64,000 bases of DNA from Burkholderiales bacterium (GTDB lineage: Bacteria > Pseudomonadota > Gammaproteobacteria > Burkholderiales > SG8-39): contig JACZJU010000048.1 of the NCBI GenBank assembly GCA_014860395.1, forward strand, positions 1,649 through 65,648, written 5' to 3'. Position 1 is the first letter of the stretch. Each line of letters opens with the position of its first letter. Made by a program: the position numbers and the translations under genes. Below the pieces are notes generated by a model, which ran no database searches, had not been told where the DNA came from, and saw nothing but the letters and a program-made list of their open reading frames with translations. This document shows positions 13,834-26,741 of the stretch, piece by piece.

Positions 13834-15105
13834 CTAGCGCTTCCCCCGGGCAGCGATTACATCCGCCACGGTAAGGAAGGATCCGAACACAAGGATTCTA
13901 TCATTTTCGGCGGCGCCGCTGCGCGCAGCTGCATAGGCGGTCGCTGGATTTTCGAACTCGCGCACCGCGTTCACCCCCGCCTGACGCAGCGCCTGCGCCA
14001 ATTCGGCCGCCTGCGCGCCCCGCGGCGGTGGCAGGCTGCAGACGAACCAACGGTCTATGTACTTTGCCAGCACGCTCACCACACCGAGTATATCCTTGTC
14101 CCGCAGCATGCCGAATACAGCCGAGGTGCCGGAGCAGGGCTCTAGATCCGACAGATTTTGCGCGAGCACTGCGGCTGCCTGCGGGTTGTGCCCCACATCG
14201 AGCACCAGCGCGGGGTGTCCCGGCAGCAGCTGAAAACGCCCGGGCAATTCCACCTCGGCCAAACCCTGGCGCAGTTGGCGCTCGGACACGGGCAGACGCT
14301 CGCGCAGCGTGTCCAATGCCGCCAGCGCAGCGCTCGCGTTCTGCAGCTGTATCTTGCCGCGTAGCGCTGGGCAGGGCAAGCCGGACTTCCTGCCCGCCGG
14401 CCCCCGGAACGACCAGAGTTCGCCCTCGTCCTGGTAGCCGAAATCCTGCCCGATGCGCAGCAATCGGGCACCCACCGCCTGCGCCTGTGCCGCTACCGAC
14501 GGCGGCGCCGCCGGGTCGGCGAGCACGGCCGGTTTTTCGGCGCGGAAGATGCCTGCTTTTTCATGACCGATGGCTTCGAGCGTGGTGCCGAGGTAATCCA
14601 TGTGGTCCATGCCGATGCTGGTGATGATGGCGCAATCGGCATCAAAGGCATTCACCGCGTCCAGGCGCCCGCCCATACCGACCTCAAGCACCAGCACGCC
14701 CACGGCGCTGCGCAGAAAGAGATCCACTGCGGCGAGCGTGCCGAATTCGAAATAAGTTAGCCGATTATCGCCACTTTGCTCTGTCCTGGCAGCCTCCACC
14801 CGCGCGAACGCGGCAGCGAGCGCCGCATCATCGACCTCCCGCCGGGCGATGCGCACGCGCTCGTTGTAGCGCAGCAGATGTGGCGAAGTGTAGAGGCCGA
14901 CGCGATAGCCGGCCGCCGTGAGGATCGCCTCCAACATGGCGCAGGTCGAACCTTTGCCGTTGGTGCCGGCGACCGTGATAACAGGCACCGCAGGCGCGAG
15001 ACCCATCGCGACGCGCACGCGACCGACCCGCTCCAGCCCGAGGGCGATGGTCTGCGGATGCTGCCGCTCGATGTAGGCGAGCCAGCCGGCGAGGTCTTTG
15101 GGCAA
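13834..15105 (-). CDS. folC: Dihydrofolate/folylpolyglutamate synthase
   Basis: GTNGKGST, TSPHL and EVGMGGRLDAVN motifs. Confidence 0.97.
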   Translation of the reverse strand: MPKDLAGWLAYIERQHPQTIALGLERVGRVRVAMGLAPAVPVITVAGTNGKGSTCAMLEAILTAAGYRVGLYTSPHLLRYNERVRIARREVDDAALAAAFARVEAARTEQSGDNRLTYFEFGTLAAVDLFLRSAVGVLVLEVGMGGRLDAVNAFDADCAIITSIGMDHMDYLGTTLEAIGHEKAGIFRAEKPAVLADPAAPPSVAAQAQAVGARLLRIGQDFGYQDEGELWSFRGPAGRKSGLPCPALRGKIQLQNASAALAALDTLRERLPVSERQLRQGLAEVELPGRFQLLPGHPALVLDVGHNPQAAAVLAQNLSDLEPCSGTSAVFGMLRDKDILGVVSVLAKYIDRWFVCSLPPPRGAQAAELAQALRQAGVNAVREFENPATAYAAARSGAAENDRILVFGSFLTVADVIAARGKR

Positions 15106-15123
15106 ATTGAAACGCCGAGGAAT

Positions 15124-15993
15124 TCAGGCGCTCTCTGGCGCGATGCGCAGCAACAGCGTAATCAGCTGCGCCAACCGGTCGCGCATCTGGCGTCGGTCGA
15201 CGATCATGTCGATAGCGCCTTTTTCCAGCAGGAACTCGGCGCGCTGAAAACCTTCAGGCAATTTCTCGCGCACGGTCTGTTCGATCACGCGCGGGCCGGC
15301 GAATCCGATCAGCGCCTTGGGCTCAGCGATGATTACGTCGCCGAGCATGGCGAAACTCGCCGACACGCCGCCCATGGTGGGATCCGCAAGCACTGAAATG
15401 AAAGGCAGTCTGCGCGCGCTGAGCTGCGTCAGCGCCGCGGTGGTCTTGGCCATCTGCATCAGCGAGAGCAGCCCCTCCTGCATGCGTGCGCCGCCGGTGG
15501 CGGTGAAACATACGAACGGCAGGTTCTGCTCCACGCACACCTGCACGCCGCGCACGAAACGCTCGCCCACCACCGAACCCATCGATCCACCCATGAATTC
15601 AAACTCGAATACGGCCGCAACCAGGGGAACGGTTTTGATTGCGCCTTGCATCACCACCAATGCGTCAGTCTCGCCGGTCTGCCGCTGCGCATCCGCAAGG
15701 CGGTCGCCATAGCGCTTGCTGTCCTTGAACTTGAGGCTGTCCACCGGCAACACCTCGGCACCTATCTCGAACCGGCCCTCCGGATCGAGCAGCATGTCTA
15801 TGCGCGCGCGCGCGGAAAGCCGGTTATGGTAATTGCACTTCGGACAGACATTGAGGTTCTTTTCCAGATCGGTGGCGTACAGCACCGCGTCGCAGGACCC
15901 GCATTTGATCCATAGCCCCTCGGGCACGGCGCGCTTGCTCGGGCCGATCGAGCGCTTGATCTTGGGCGGCAGCAGTTTCTGCAACCAGCTCAT
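15124..15993 (-). CDS. accD: Acetyl-CoA carboxylase carboxyltransferase beta subunit
   Basis: Zn finger; [10 protein letters not shown] and GGARMQEG motifs. Confidence 0.98.
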   Translation of the reverse strand: MSWLQKLLPPKIKRSIGPSKRAVPEGLWIKCGSCDAVLYATDLEKNLNVCPKCNYHNRLSARARIDMLLDPEGRFEIGAEVLPVDSLKFKDSKRYGDRLADAQRQTGETDALVVMQGAIKTVPLVAAVFEFEFMGGSMGSVVGERFVRGVQVCVEQNLPFVCFTATGGARMQEGLLSLMQMAKTTAALTQLSARRLPFISVLADPTMGGVSASFAMLGDVIIAEPKALIGFAGPRVIEQTVREKLPEGFQRAEFLLEKGAIDMIVDRRQMRDRLAQLITLLLRIAPESA

Positions 15994-16790
15994 TTTGCAT
16001 CCAGCGCTGCGCGTATGCCCTGCAGGAACCGGCTCGCGTACAGCACCTGTTCGCCCGCCGGAGCAGCTTCCATCTGCTGAATAATGGCACTGCCGATGAC
16101 CACCGCGTCGGCCAAGGCCGCGACAGCCTTGGCCGTGGCGGCGTCGCGGATACCGAACCCTACGCCCACCGGCAGCTTGGTCTCGCGCCGGATCCTAGGA
16201 ATCTTCTCGGCCACCTCGGTCAGATCGAGGTGCCCTGCCCCGGTAACGCCTTTCAGCGAAACGTAGTAGAGGTAGCCGCTGGCAAGCCGAGACACCTGCG
16301 CAATGCGTGCGTCGCTCGAGGTCGGTGCAAGCAGGAAGATCAGGTCCATGCCGTGGCTGCGCACGAGACCAGCGAAGGACTCGCACTCCTCCGGCGGATA
16401 GTCCACCACCAGTACGCCGTCCACGCCGGCTTGCTGCGCCTCTTCGACGAAGCGCTCCGCCCCCATCGCCTCAATCGGATTGGCATAGCCCATCAGCACC
16501 ACCGGCGTAGCCTTATTCGTGGCGCGAAACCCGCGCACGAATCCAAGCACCCCGTCCAATCCCACGCCGTGACGCAGAGCACGATCGCTGGCACGCTGGA
16601 CCACCGGGCCATCGGCCATGGGATCGGAGAACGGCACGCCGAGTTCGATTACGTCCGCGCCTGCTTCGACCAGCGCATGCATCAGCGGCACCGTCATGCC
16701 GGGCTCCGGATCGCCGGCGGTGACGAAGGGGATCAGCGCCTTTCGGTGGCTCCGGGCAAGTTGCTCGAATGTGGCCTGGATGCGCGACAT
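15990..16790 (-). CDS. trpA: Tryptophan synthase alpha chain
   Basis: [14 protein letters not shown] and VGFGI motifs. Confidence 0.98.
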   Translation of the reverse strand: MSRIQATFEQLARSHRKALIPFVTAGDPEPGMTVPLMHALVEAGADVIELGVPFSDPMADGPVVQRASDRALRHGVGLDGVLGFVRGFRATNKATPVVLMGYANPIEAMGAERFVEEAQQAGVDGVLVVDYPPEECESFAGLVRSHGMDLIFLLAPTSSDARIAQVSRLASGYLYYVSLKGVTGAGHLDLTEVAEKIPRIRRETKLPVGVGFGIRDAATAKAVAALADAVVIGSAIIQQMEAAPAGEQVLYASRFLQGIRAALDAK

Positions 16791-16797
16791 TAGGATT

Positions 16798-17595
16798 TCA
16801 CAATACAGAAGTAAGACTTGCCGCCGCGCGCTTCACGCGTTGGTTGCCGTTCACTGCCTTGGCAACGCGCTTTTCCACAATGGCGAAATAGTCGGGGTTG
16901 AGTTCGAAACCGATGAAATTGCGTCCGTGGCGGATCGCCGCCGCCGCCGAAGTGCCGCTGCCCATGAACGGGTCGAGCACGACGCCGCGCGCCGGGCAGC
17001 TCGCCAGCACCATGCGCTCAATGATTTCCAGCGGCTTTTGCGTCGGATGGTCCTCACGCTCGGCATGTTGGCGATGCAGACGCGACACGCTCCACACGTC
17101 CTTGGGGTTATAGCCTTCTTCCAGCCATTTCTTGCCGACGAATATGGAGCGCGAGCGCGCCTTCTTGGTTTCGGCGTCATAAGGAATGCGCACGGCATCG
17201 ACATCGAAGTGGTAGTCGCGCGACTTGACGAAAAAGCCGATGTTGTCGTGCACCGAGGAAAATTTGCGCGTGCTGCCGCCCATGCTCGGGACCCTGCGGT
17301 CCCAGATGATTTCGTTCACCATGGCAAGCCGGGTCTTGAGATAGCTGAAGACTTCCGGGCTGTGCTGCCAGGTGAGAAACACGTACAGGCTGCCGTTCGC
17401 CTTCAACTTGGGCACAACGGCGTCGATCCAGCGCCGGCTCCAGGCGAGATACTCATCCGCGGCCAGACGATCGGAATCGTTGCCGTAGTCCTTGCCCAGG
17501 CCATAGGGCGGATCGGCAATAACCAGATCCACGGAGGCGTCGGCAACTTGGCCAATCCCGGCCACGGCATCCTCGTTGTAGAGCAGCGCGCTCAT
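16798..17595 (-). CDS. Orphan beta-class N6/N4 DNA methyltransferase
   Basis: [18 protein letters not shown] in beta order; start MSALLYNED; no nuclease partner nearby. Confidence 0.92.
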   Translation of the reverse strand: MSALLYNEDAVAGIGQVADASVDLVIADPPYGLGKDYGNDSDRLAADEYLAWSRRWIDAVVPKLKANGSLYVFLTWQHSPEVFSYLKTRLAMVNEIIWDRRVPSMGGSTRKFSSVHDNIGFFVKSRDYHFDVDAVRIPYDAETKKARSRSIFVGKKWLEEGYNPKDVWSVSRLHRQHAEREDHPTQKPLEIIERMVLASCPARGVVLDPFMGSGTSAAAAIRHGRNFIGFELNPDYFAIVEKRVAKAVNGNQRVKRAAASLTSVL

Positions 17596-17606
17596 TCCGA
17601 TCCCGG

Positions 17607-18792
<1,186 letters not shown>

Positions 18793-18806
<14 letters not shown>

Positions 18807-19416
18807 TCTTTACTCCCGTTACGAAGGCCGCGATCTTCGCGGCGTCCTTGACCCCTTTTGCCGCTTCCACGCCACTGGACACGTCCACCGCCCAAGGCCG
18901 GGCTTGGCGCACGGCCGCGCCCACGTTGTCCGGCGTAAGCCCGCCCGAGAGTATGACGGGTCTGGCCAGATCGCGTGGGATCAACTTCCAGTCGAAAGAC
19001 TCGCCGGTGCCACCGTATAGCTGGTCATGGTAGGCGTCCAACAGCCAGCCCTGCGCCTCATGATAGGGCGACAGGTATTGTACCAAATCGGTCTCCGGCC
19101 TGACCCGCGCGGCCTTGATGTACGGCAGGCCGAAGCTGCCGCAGAAATCGGGCGCTTCGTCGCCATGGAACTGCAGCAGGCCGATAGGGCAGCCGCGCAG
19201 CACCGACTCGACTTGATCCCGCGTCGGATCGACGAACAGGCCGACCACGGTGACGAATGGCGGAACTGCCGCAGTAATCGCGCGCGCCTGATCGAGGCGC
19301 ACGCATCGCGGACTGCGTGCATAGAACACCAGTCCGATGGCGTCGGCGCCCAATTGCGCTGTGGCGCGCGCATCCTCCACCCGCGTGATGCCGCAAATTT
19401 TGACTCGTGTCCTCAC
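18793..19416 (-). CDS. trpF: Phosphoribosylanthranilate isomerase
   Basis: [14 protein letters not shown] and VDVSSGVE motifs; GTG start. Confidence 0.96.
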
Positions 19417-20210
19417 ACCAATACCTGCTCCGGAAAAGCAATTCGACTGGATTCGAAGGCGGGCAGCCCCCACCCGGGCGCGTATTCCACTCCCGCGAGA
19501 TACAACCCATCCGGGGAAAACGTCGGTGCCGCCCGACAGCGATCGCGGCCAGCCAGCACTTCGGCCATCCAGCCCGGAGGATACTTCCGCTTGCCCACGT
19601 ACACCAGGCAACCGACGATATTGCGCACCATGTGATGCAGAAAGCCGTTGGCGGTGAATTCGAAACGCAGGTGGGCGCCGCGTTGTTCCAGTGTCCAGGA
19701 GCGCAATGTGCGCACCGGGCTCTTCGCCTGGCACTCGCTGGAGCGAAATGCGCTGAAATCGTGCTCGCCGGCAAGATGGCCCAGCGCCGAGCGCATCGCA
19801 TCCGCATCCAGCGGCAGATGGAACCAACCCACCCGGCCGTGGTGCAGCGCCGGCCGCACCGGATGGTTGTAGAGCACATAGCGGTAGGTACGCGACACGG
19901 CCGAGTAGCGCGCATGAAAATCGTCGGCCACCGGCGCGGCCCATTGCACCGCCACAGCTTGCGTCAGCAGCGTGTTGACGCCGCGCACCCATGCCGACTC
20001 CGGGCGCACTGCGGCGGTCTCGAAATGCGCCACCTGCGCCAAGGCGTGCACACCGGCATCGGTGCGGCCGGCTGCTGCAAGGCGCACGCGCTCGCCGCCA
20101 ATGGACGCAAGCGCGCGCTCCAGGTGATCCTGGACGGTATCGCCGGAAGGCTGCGACTGCCAGCCGTGGAAACGGCTGCCGTCGTACTCTATGCCAATTG
20201 CGATTTTCAT
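19413..20210 (-). CDS. truA: tRNA pseudouridine(38-40) synthase
   Basis: YDGSRFHGWQ, AGRTDAGVHA and FLHHMVR motifs. Confidence 0.97.
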   Translation of the reverse strand: MKIAIGIEYDGSRFHGWQSQPSGDTVQDHLERALASIGGERVRLAAAGRTDAGVHALAQVAHFETAAVRPESAWVRGVNTLLTQAVAVQWAAPVADDFHARYSAVSRTYRYVLYNHPVRPALHHGRVGWFHLPLDADAMRSALGHLAGEHDFSAFRSSECQAKSPVRTLRSWTLEQRGAHLRFEFTANGFLHHMVRNIVGCLVYVGKRKYPPGWMAEVLAGRDRCRAAPTFSPDGLYLAGVEYAPGWGLPAFESSRIAFPEQVLV

Positions 20211-20303
20211 GATTCCCGGTTCAATCAGCGCTGGGCTTGAAGCACAATATGCAGCACCAGCCTTTCGAACAGCTTGCGCCAGGTCACGCGGGTCCATCAA
20301 AAA

Positions 20304-20330
20304 CAAAACCCCGGGACCAGCCCGGGGTTG
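20304..20330 (-). terminator. Putative intrinsic terminator after fimV
   Basis: AACCCCGGG-CTGGT-CCCGGGGTTTTGTTTTT on the minus strand. Confidence 0.6.
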
Positions 20331-20348
20331 ACTTATTCTTCCGAAGTG

Positions 20349-23300
20349 TCAGCCCAGGGCTGCGAGCATGTTTTGCGCTTGCTGCTGCTGGGCCGTGTCG
20401 CCTTCCTTCAGCACTTCGTCGAGCAGTTCGCGCGCGCCTTCCATGTCGCCCATCTCCTGATAGGCTTTGGCCAGATCGAGCTTGGTTGCCACCTCCTGCC
20501 AATGCGCGTCCGGCGATAGAGCCGCCTCGCCCGGCGCGCCGAGATCCAGGCTGATCGAAGACAGATCCAGTGGTGCCGATGTTGCCTCTTCTTTCTGCTC
20601 CGGCAGATTCAGATTGAAGTCGAAATCGACCCCACTCTCACCCGCGGCGGCCTCTGTGGCAGGAGATTTCGGGACTTCGATCGCCGGAACCTCCGTAGCC
20701 TCGGACGCGGGAACACCCTGCGCCTCGGGCGTGGAACCCGCCGGGAGCTCAAGCGCGGGGGGCTCCGGAGACTCAGGTTCAGGCACCGCCGGGAGTTCAA
20801 GGGCGGGCGTCTCAGAGGGCACCTCGGGTACGGCTGCTTCCGGAGTCTCCGAGGCAGGAGTCTCAGGGGCTTCGAGGGCGCTAGCCTCTGGGGACTCGGG
20901 CTCGGCGAAAGCCCTCGAAGGTGCAGACTCTTCCGCAGCATCGGGCAGTTCAAAATCGAAATCGATGGACGCAGTCGCGTCGGCCGGAGTATCAGCCGCC
21001 GCGTTCTCCGAACCGGGCGCGTCCGAGGACCGCTGCTCCGCTTCGGCAGACTCGGACTTCTTCTCCTCGCCACCGCCCAAGTCCAGATCGAAGCCAAGAT
21101 CGGCAGCCGCTTCCGGCTCGGCTTCCGCTGCAGGCTCCGACGGTGGGGCATCAGACTTCTCAGGTTCGCTCAGGCCTAGATCGAAATCCAATCCCGCGGA
21201 AACTTCCGTCTCGGCGGCACCTTCCGCTGCAGCCTCCGGCGGCTCGGTCTGCTCGGGCTCGCCCAAGCCGAGATCAAAATCCAACCCCGGCGAAGATTCC
21301 GCCTTCCCGCCCGTCTCGAGCACAATATCCGGAGCGCGCTCTGTCCCGGAAACAACTTGTGTATCGATGACAGCATGGGCCTCGGCTTGGCTGCCGCCAT
21401 AGAGCGGATTTCCCGGGTCAAGCTGAGCACCGAGGGCAGCAGCTTTATCCCAGTCTGCCCCCGCTCCCCCGGTGGCAGCTTGCAGCTCAGCCGCCACAAC
21501 CGCAAATGCCTTGGCATCTTTGCGGTTGGCGTAAATCTCCAGCAATTTGGCGCGTATCGGCTGACGCGACGGATCCTTGGCCAACGCCTCCTTGAGGATC
21601 TCCTCGGCCTGCATATCCCGGCCATAAGCCATGTAGACGTCGGCCTCGGCGATGGGATCGACTTCCTCGACGTCGCTCGCCGTTGCGGCGCCACTCGGGC
21701 CGAATTCGGTCTGACTCTCGCCAGCGCCCGTGTCGATCTTGGCGCCGGCGCCAAACACGGAGTCGGTTGCCAGGTCAGGCGCAACCATTACGCTGCTTTC
21801 CATTTTCTGCAGGCTCTTCTTGCGCCGCCAGGCGTAATAGAAATAGCCGGCGAACAGGAGCACCAGGAAACCCCCACCGCCGTAAAGGGCCAACTCGTTG
21901 CCGAGAATTTCATCGAGCAAGCTCGGTTCTGGCGCAGGCGGCGGCGGAGGCGGCGCAACCTTGCGTGGTGCCTGGGGTGCCGCAGGCTTAGGCGCAGGAG
22001 GAGTGGGCGCCGCCTTTGCTGCCTCTTCGACTTTGGCCGGTTCATCTGCTTTGGCCGGCTCCGGCGCCTTCTGCGCCTCCACCGGTTTCGCTGGCGCCGG
22101 TTCCGGCGCCTTGGCGGGCTCGACCGGTTTAGCCGCGCCGGCCTTGGCTGCCTGCTGCTGCAACTGCGCGCCGGGGGCGCTTTTGAGTTCTAGCAGTTTC
22201 TGCATGTCCTGCAGATTCTTCTCGAGCATCGCGATGCGCTCGTTCGCCTCCTTGATCTCCTTCTCTTTCGCGAACAAGTCTTCCTGCAACCCTTGCGGGC
22301 TGCGCTTGGCACCAGGCTTGCCCGCCTCCTCCGTCTGCGAAAGCTTGAGCTGGTCCTTGGCCTCCTTGGCCGCCGCCGGCTTGTCTTCTACCCTGGCCGT
22401 AATCTTGCCGCTCACGCTTTGGCGACGTTCGTCTGCGCGCTCGGGTGCTGCGGCCACGGCGGCGCCCAACTTGCGCCGATATTCGTTGAAATCGGCAGCC
22501 TGCGCCAGGATCGTTCGCGTAGCCTCTTCCTGATCGACTGAAGCGGCTACCTCCATGTCGGGAATATTGAGTATCTTTCCGGCACGAATGCGGTTGATGT
22601 TGTCGCCGTCGAATTGATCCGCATTACTGCGATACAACGCTATCAGCATTTGCTGCAAGCTGACACTGTCCGGTCTGTTGGCGTTCGCAATCTTGGTCAG
22701 GGTATCGCCGCGCTTCACCTGATAGCTTGCAACGGCCTTCGGTGCTGCCTCCTTCGGTGCAGCAGCGCTGGGGGCTGCTGCCTTCGGCGCTACCGGCTTC
22801 GGTGCTATTGCCTTCGGCGCTGCCGATTCTGGGACGCGGGCGGCGCGTGGCGCGGCCATGCCGGACGGGCGAGCGTCCGGCAGCGGTTGCTTTGGCATCT
22901 CCACAGACTTGATCTCTGGCGCCTCCGTAACCGGCGTAGCCATCGCGGGCGCGGCCTGCGGCGGCTTGTATTCGGGGGGGTCGAGCAGGAAGGTATATTC
23001 GCGCACCAGACGGCCAGTGGCCCAATCGAGCTCGACCATCAGGTCAAGGAACGGCTCGTTGATTGGCTGCCCCGAACTTAGGACGACGACATAACGATCT
23101 TCGCTGCGCTGTTCGATGCGGAATTTGACCGACAGCAGCGCGCCGCTATACTCGATGTTGGCTTTTCGAAATACGTCTGCAGGCGGCAGGCGCACGCTAA
23201 GATTATCTGCCTCGCCCTTTTGCAAAGCGAGCAGTTCGATCTCGGCCTTCAAAGGTTGTCCCAAGGCGGAAAATACAGTCAGCTTACCGAGGCCAGCGGC

Positions 23301-23369
23301 TGCTGCCAGCGACGGCAGCAACAGTAGTGCCAAAGCCAACGCGCTTGTTCTTATGACGGATTTACCCAC
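20349..23369 (-). CDS. fimV: Polar landmark protein FimV/HubP
   Basis: LGKLTVFSALGQPL N-domain, LysM, TM helix, acidic repeats, C-terminal TKLDLAKAY. Confidence 0.95.
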   Translation of the reverse strand: MGKSVIRTSALALALLLLPSLAAAAGLGKLTVFSALGQPLKAEIELLALQKGEADNLSVRLPPADVFRKANIEYSGALLSVKFRIEQRSEDRYVVVLSSGQPINEPFLDLMVELDWATGRLVREYTFLLDPPEYKPPQAAPAMATPVTEAPEIKSVEMPKQPLPDARPSGMAAPRAARVPESAAPKAIAPKPVAPKAAAPSAAAPKEAAPKAVASYQVKRGDTLTKIANANRPDSVSLQQMLIALYRSNADQFDGDNINRIRAGKILNIPDMEVAASVDQEEATRTILAQAADFNEYRRKLGAAVAAAPERADERRQSVSGKITARVEDKPAAAKEAKDQLKLSQTEEAGKPGAKRSPQGLQEDLFAKEKEIKEANERIAMLEKNLQDMQKLLELKSAPGAQLQQQAAKAGAAKPVEPAKAPEPAPAKPVEAQKAPEPAKADEPAKVEEAAKAAPTPPAPKPAAPQAPRKVAPPPPPPAPEPSLLDEILGNELALYGGGGFLVLLFAGYFYYAWRRKKSLQKMESSVMVAPDLATDSVFGAGAKIDTGAGESQTEFGPSGAATASDVEEVDPIAEADVYMAYGRDMQAEEILKEALAKDPSRQPIRAKLLEIYANRKDAKAFAVVAAELQAATGGAGADWDKAAALGAQLDPGNPLYGGSQAEAHAVIDTQVVSGTERAPDIVLETGGKAESSPGLDFDLGLGEPEQTEPPEAAAEGAAETEVSAGLDFDLGLSEPEKSDAPPSEPAAEAEPEAAADLGFDLDLGGGEEKKSESAEAEQRSSDAPGSENAAADTPADATASIDFDFELPDAAEESAPSRAFAEPESPEASALEAPETPASETPEAAVPEVPSETPALELPAVPEPESPEPPALELPAGSTPEAQGVPASEATEVPAIEVPKSPATEAAAGESGVDFDFNLNLPEQKEEATSAPLDLSSISLDLGAPGEAALSPDAHWQEVATKLDLAKAYQEMGDMEGARELLDEVLKEGDTAQQQQAQNMLAALG

Positions 23370-23495
23370 CTTCCACCCCTGCAGACGTTTGTGGATTAAC
23401 TAAATTAACATCATAGCCTTAGCCTTGCAAGCTAATCTTTCTTGTCATGAAAGTGCCTCAAGCCGGATATTTTTCAAACAAAAACCCGAACTCGG

Positions 23496-24662
23496 CTAGG
23501 CTTTTACCCCTGCCCTGGCGCTCGCCGCCGAGGTTTTCGGCTTCGCAGCAACCGCGTCCCTGGCAAGCAGGACACGCAGCATGCGCCGCAAAGGCTCCGC
23601 CGCACCCCACAGCAGCTGATCGCCGACCGTAAACGCGGATAGGTACTGTCCACCCATGTTTAGCTTACGCAGTCGCCCCACGGGCACGCTCAGGCTGCCG
23701 GTCACTCTCGCCGGCGTAAGCTCGCTAATGCTCGCATCACGCCTGTTCGGGATCACTTTCACCCAATCGTTGGCCGAGGCAAGTATGGCCTCGATCTCGG
23801 TTAACGGCAGATCGCGCGTAAGCTTGATCGTGAGCGCCTGGCTGTGGCAACGCATGGCGCCGATGCGCACACAAAGTCCGTCGATCGGGATCGGCCGGTC
23901 CTCGCGGCCGAGAATCTTGTTGCCCTCGGCCTGGCCTTTCCATTCCTCGCGGCTCTGGCCGTTATCCATTTCCTTGTCAATCCAGGGAATCAGGCTGCCG
24001 GCGAGCGCAACCCCGAAATTCTCCTTGGGTAGCGCATCGCCGCGCAGCGTGTCGGCCACCCGGCGGTCGATCTCCAGGATGGCGGACGCAGGATCGGCCA
24101 GCAACTCAGCGGCCGAAGCGTGAGCTGCACCCATCTGCGCGAGCAGCTCGCGCATGTTCTGTGCGCCCGCGCCCGAAGCCGCCTGATAGGTCATCGCCGT
24201 CATCCATTCGATCAGCCCTTCCTTGAACAGGCCGTGCAAGGCCATCAGCATCAGACTGACGGTGCAGTTGCCGCCGATGTAGTTCTTCACGCCGCGCGCC
24301 AGCGCATCCTCGATCACCTGCATGTTCACCGGATCCAGAATGATGACTGCGTCGCTTTTCATGCGCAGCGCGGAAGCCGCATCGATCCAGTAGCCATCCC
24401 AACCGACGGCACGCAGCTTCGGATAAACCTCATTGGTGTAATCGCCGCCCTGGCAGGTGACGACCGCATCCATCCGCTTCAAGTCCGCGATGGATGATGC
24501 GTCCTTGAGCGGCTCCTTGCTCTCGCCGGGACCTTTGCCACCCACATTGGAGGTGGTAAAAAACACCGGGTCGATAAGGGCGAAATCGTTTTCCGCGCGC
24601 ATGCGGTCCATCAGTACCGAACCCACCATGCCGCGCCAGCCGACAAAGCCTATTTTTTTCAT
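23496..24662 (-). CDS. asd: Aspartate-semialdehyde dehydrogenase
   Basis: [15 protein letters not shown] and [10 protein letters not shown] motifs. Confidence 0.97.
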   Translation of the reverse strand: MKKIGFVGWRGMVGSVLMDRMRAENDFALIDPVFFTTSNVGGKGPGESKEPLKDASSIADLKRMDAVVTCQGGDYTNEVYPKLRAVGWDGYWIDAASALRMKSDAVIILDPVNMQVIEDALARGVKNYIGGNCTVSLMLMALHGLFKEGLIEWMTAMTYQAASGAGAQNMRELLAQMGAAHASAAELLADPASAILEIDRRVADTLRGDALPKENFGVALAGSLIPWIDKEMDNGQSREEWKGQAEGNKILGREDRPIPIDGLCVRIGAMRCHSQALTIKLTRDLPLTEIEAILASANDWVKVIPNRRDASISELTPARVTGSLSVPVGRLRKLNMGGQYLSAFTVGDQLLWGAAEPLRRMLRVLLARDAVAAKPKTSAASARAGVKA

Positions 24663-24778
24663 GACAAGATTCCTGATGTAAATGTTTAGATTGTAGTCGC
24701 TAGGGAAAAAACAGCCAGGGGCTAGAAGACAGCGGACATGGGCATGACCTATAGCTTCGGAGGCTTCCTCTTCCCTGA

Positions 24779-25843
24779 TTACAGCGCCGCCACCACCGCA
24801 TCGCCCATTTTCACGGTGCCGACCTTTTCCGCTCCCGGCCGGTGAATATCGGCAGTACGCAGTCCGCGCTCCAGTACCTTGGCCACAGCGGCCTCGATGC
24901 GATTCGCCGCCTGGTCCTGGTTGAAACTGTAGCGCAGCATCATCGCCGCCGACAGGATGGTCGCCAGCGGATTCGCCACGTCCTTGCCGGCGATATCGGG
25001 CGCCGAGCCGTGGATGGGTTCGTACAGGCCCTTGTTGTTCGCATCGAGCGACGCCGAGGGCAGCATGCCGATCGAGCCGGTGAGCATGGACGCCTCGTCC
25101 GAAAGAATGTCGCCAAACATGTTGCCTGTGACAATGACGTCGAATTGCTTGGGGTCGCGCAAGAGCTGCATCGCCGCGTTGTCGACGTACATGTGCGACA
25201 GTTCCACACCCGCGTATTCCAGCGCAACTTCGGTCACAACCTCGCGCCACAGCTGCGACGTCTCGAGTACATTGCACTTGTCCACCGAACACAGTCTCTT
25301 CGTGCGTTTCATCGCCGCACGAAAGCCCGCATGGGCGATGCGCCGGATTTCGGATTCGCTATAGCGCATGGTGTCAAAACCCTCGCGCTCGCCGTTTTCC
25401 AGCTTGCGCATGCCACGAGGCTGACCAAAATAGATGTCGCCGGTGAGTTCGCGCAGAATGAGGATGTCCATCCCCGACACCACCTCCGGCCGCAGGCTGG
25501 AAGCTTCAACCAGTTGCGGAAAAACCTTGGCCGGGCGCAGATTGGCGAACAGGCCCAGTTCCTTGCGCAAGCCCAGAATGGCTTGCTCCGGACGCTTGGC
25601 GCGCGGCAACTGGTCGTATTGCCAACCGCCCACGGCGCCGAACAGGATGGCGTCGGCTTCGCGAGCCAGCTTCAGCGTGGCCGCGGGCAATGGATCACCC
25701 GCAACGTCGTAAGCAGCGCCGCCTACCGGCGCCTGCTCGATTTCCAGCTTGAGGCCGTCTTTGGCCAGCGCGCCCAGCACTTTGATCGCCTGCGCAACGA
25801 TTTCCGGGCCGATGCCGTCACCGGGGAGTACTGCAATTTTCAT
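24779..25843 (-). CDS. leuB: 3-isopropylmalate dehydrogenase
   Basis: [18 protein letters not shown] and HGSAPDIAG motifs. Confidence 0.98.
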   Translation of the reverse strand: MKIAVLPGDGIGPEIVAQAIKVLGALAKDGLKLEIEQAPVGGAAYDVAGDPLPAATLKLAREADAILFGAVGGWQYDQLPRAKRPEQAILGLRKELGLFANLRPAKVFPQLVEASSLRPEVVSGMDILILRELTGDIYFGQPRGMRKLENGEREGFDTMRYSESEIRRIAHAGFRAAMKRTKRLCSVDKCNVLETSQLWREVVTEVALEYAGVELSHMYVDNAAMQLLRDPKQFDVIVTGNMFGDILSDEASMLTGSIGMLPSASLDANNKGLYEPIHGSAPDIAGKDVANPLATILSAAMMLRYSFNQDQAANRIEAAVAKVLERGLRTADIHRPGAEKVGTVKMGDAVVAAL

Positions 25844-25869
25844 TATTTCACTCGGAAGAATATCTAAGA

Positions 25870-26511
25870 TCAGCCGAACAGCCAGGGTTGCTCGGTGCGG
25901 CGGCGCGCCTCGAACGCGCGAATCTTGTCAGCGTGGCGCAACGACAATCCTATATCGTCAAGGCCGTTCAACAAGCAGTGCTTCCTGTGTGCATCGACGT
26001 CGAACGCGATCTGCGTGGCGCCGTCTGGCGTTATCACCATCTGCCGCTCCAGGTCGATGGTCAGCTTGTAGCCGGGGAAGGCATTCACCTCGTTGAACAG
26101 ATGGTCGATACGCATCTCGGTGAGCACGATCGGCAGCAAGCCATTCTTGAAGCAGTTGTTGTAGAAGATATCGGCGAACGAAGGCGCGATGACCGCGCGA
26201 AAGCCGTAATCGACCAGTGCCCATGGCGCGTGTTCGCGGCTGGAACCGCAACCGAAATTCTTGCGCGCGAGCAGTATGCTCGCCCCCTTGTAGCGCGGCT
26301 GGTTCAGCACGAAGTCCGGATTCAGCGGTCGCTTCGTGTTGTCCATGCCAGGTTCGCCCACGTCCTGATAGCGCCAGGCGTCGAACAGATTGGGGCCGAA
26401 GCCCGAGCGTTTGATCGACTTCAGAAACTGCTTCGGGATGATCGCATCGGTGTCGACGTTAGCGCGGTCGAGCGGCGCCACAATCCCGTTCAATACAGTA
26501 AATTTTTCCAT
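25870..26511 (-). CDS. leuD: 3-isopropylmalate dehydratase small subunit
   Basis: [11 protein letters not shown] and [11 protein letters not shown] motifs. Confidence 0.98.
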   Translation of the reverse strand: MEKFTVLNGIVAPLDRANVDTDAIIPKQFLKSIKRSGFGPNLFDAWRYQDVGEPGMDNTKRPLNPDFVLNQPRYKGASILLARKNFGCGSSREHAPWALVDYGFRAVIAPSFADIFYNNCFKNGLLPIVLTEMRIDHLFNEVNAFPGYKLTIDLERQMVITPDGATQIAFDVDAHRKHCLLNGLDDIGLSLRHADKIRAFEARRRTEQPWLFG

Positions 26512-26513
26512 AC

Positions 26514-26594
26514 GAGCCTATTTCAAAATGAGAGGACACGTCCCCTCAAACTCCCCTAAATTGGGGGCCATTTCGGAAGCTCTGAAATGGCCTC
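26514..26594. mobile_element. Short MITE-like repeat, family 2, copy A
   Basis: GAGCCTATTTCA...TGAAATGGCCTC imperfect terminal inverted repeats; matches 51407-51514. Confidence 0.65.
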
Positions 26595-26598
26595 TAAG

Positions 26599-26730
26599 CT
26601 ATTTCTTCGCGGCGCGCTCGATCGCCTCGCCGCCCTGCTTCAGATCCTTGCCCACGCCTTGCATCGTATTGCAGCCGCTCAATACCAGCGCCGCGACCAG
26701 CGACAGCAAGACAATACTGCCCTTACGCAT
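26599..26730 (-). CDS. Entericidin EcnA/B family lipoprotein
   Basis: MRKGSIVLLSLVAALVLSGCNTMQGVGKDLKQGGEAIERAAKK; lipobox plus CNT..G.GKD motif; lies between leuC and leuD. Confidence 0.9.
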   Translation of the reverse strand: MRKGSIVLLSLVAALVLSGCNTMQGVGKDLKQGGEAIERAAKK

Positions 26731-26741
26731 AACCCTCTCCC

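Noticed and set aside
20560-21320. Acidic/Pro-rich repeats (LDFDLGL, PALELPA) in fimV
   Set aside because: Ordinary low-complexity feature of the FimV cytoplasmic region.
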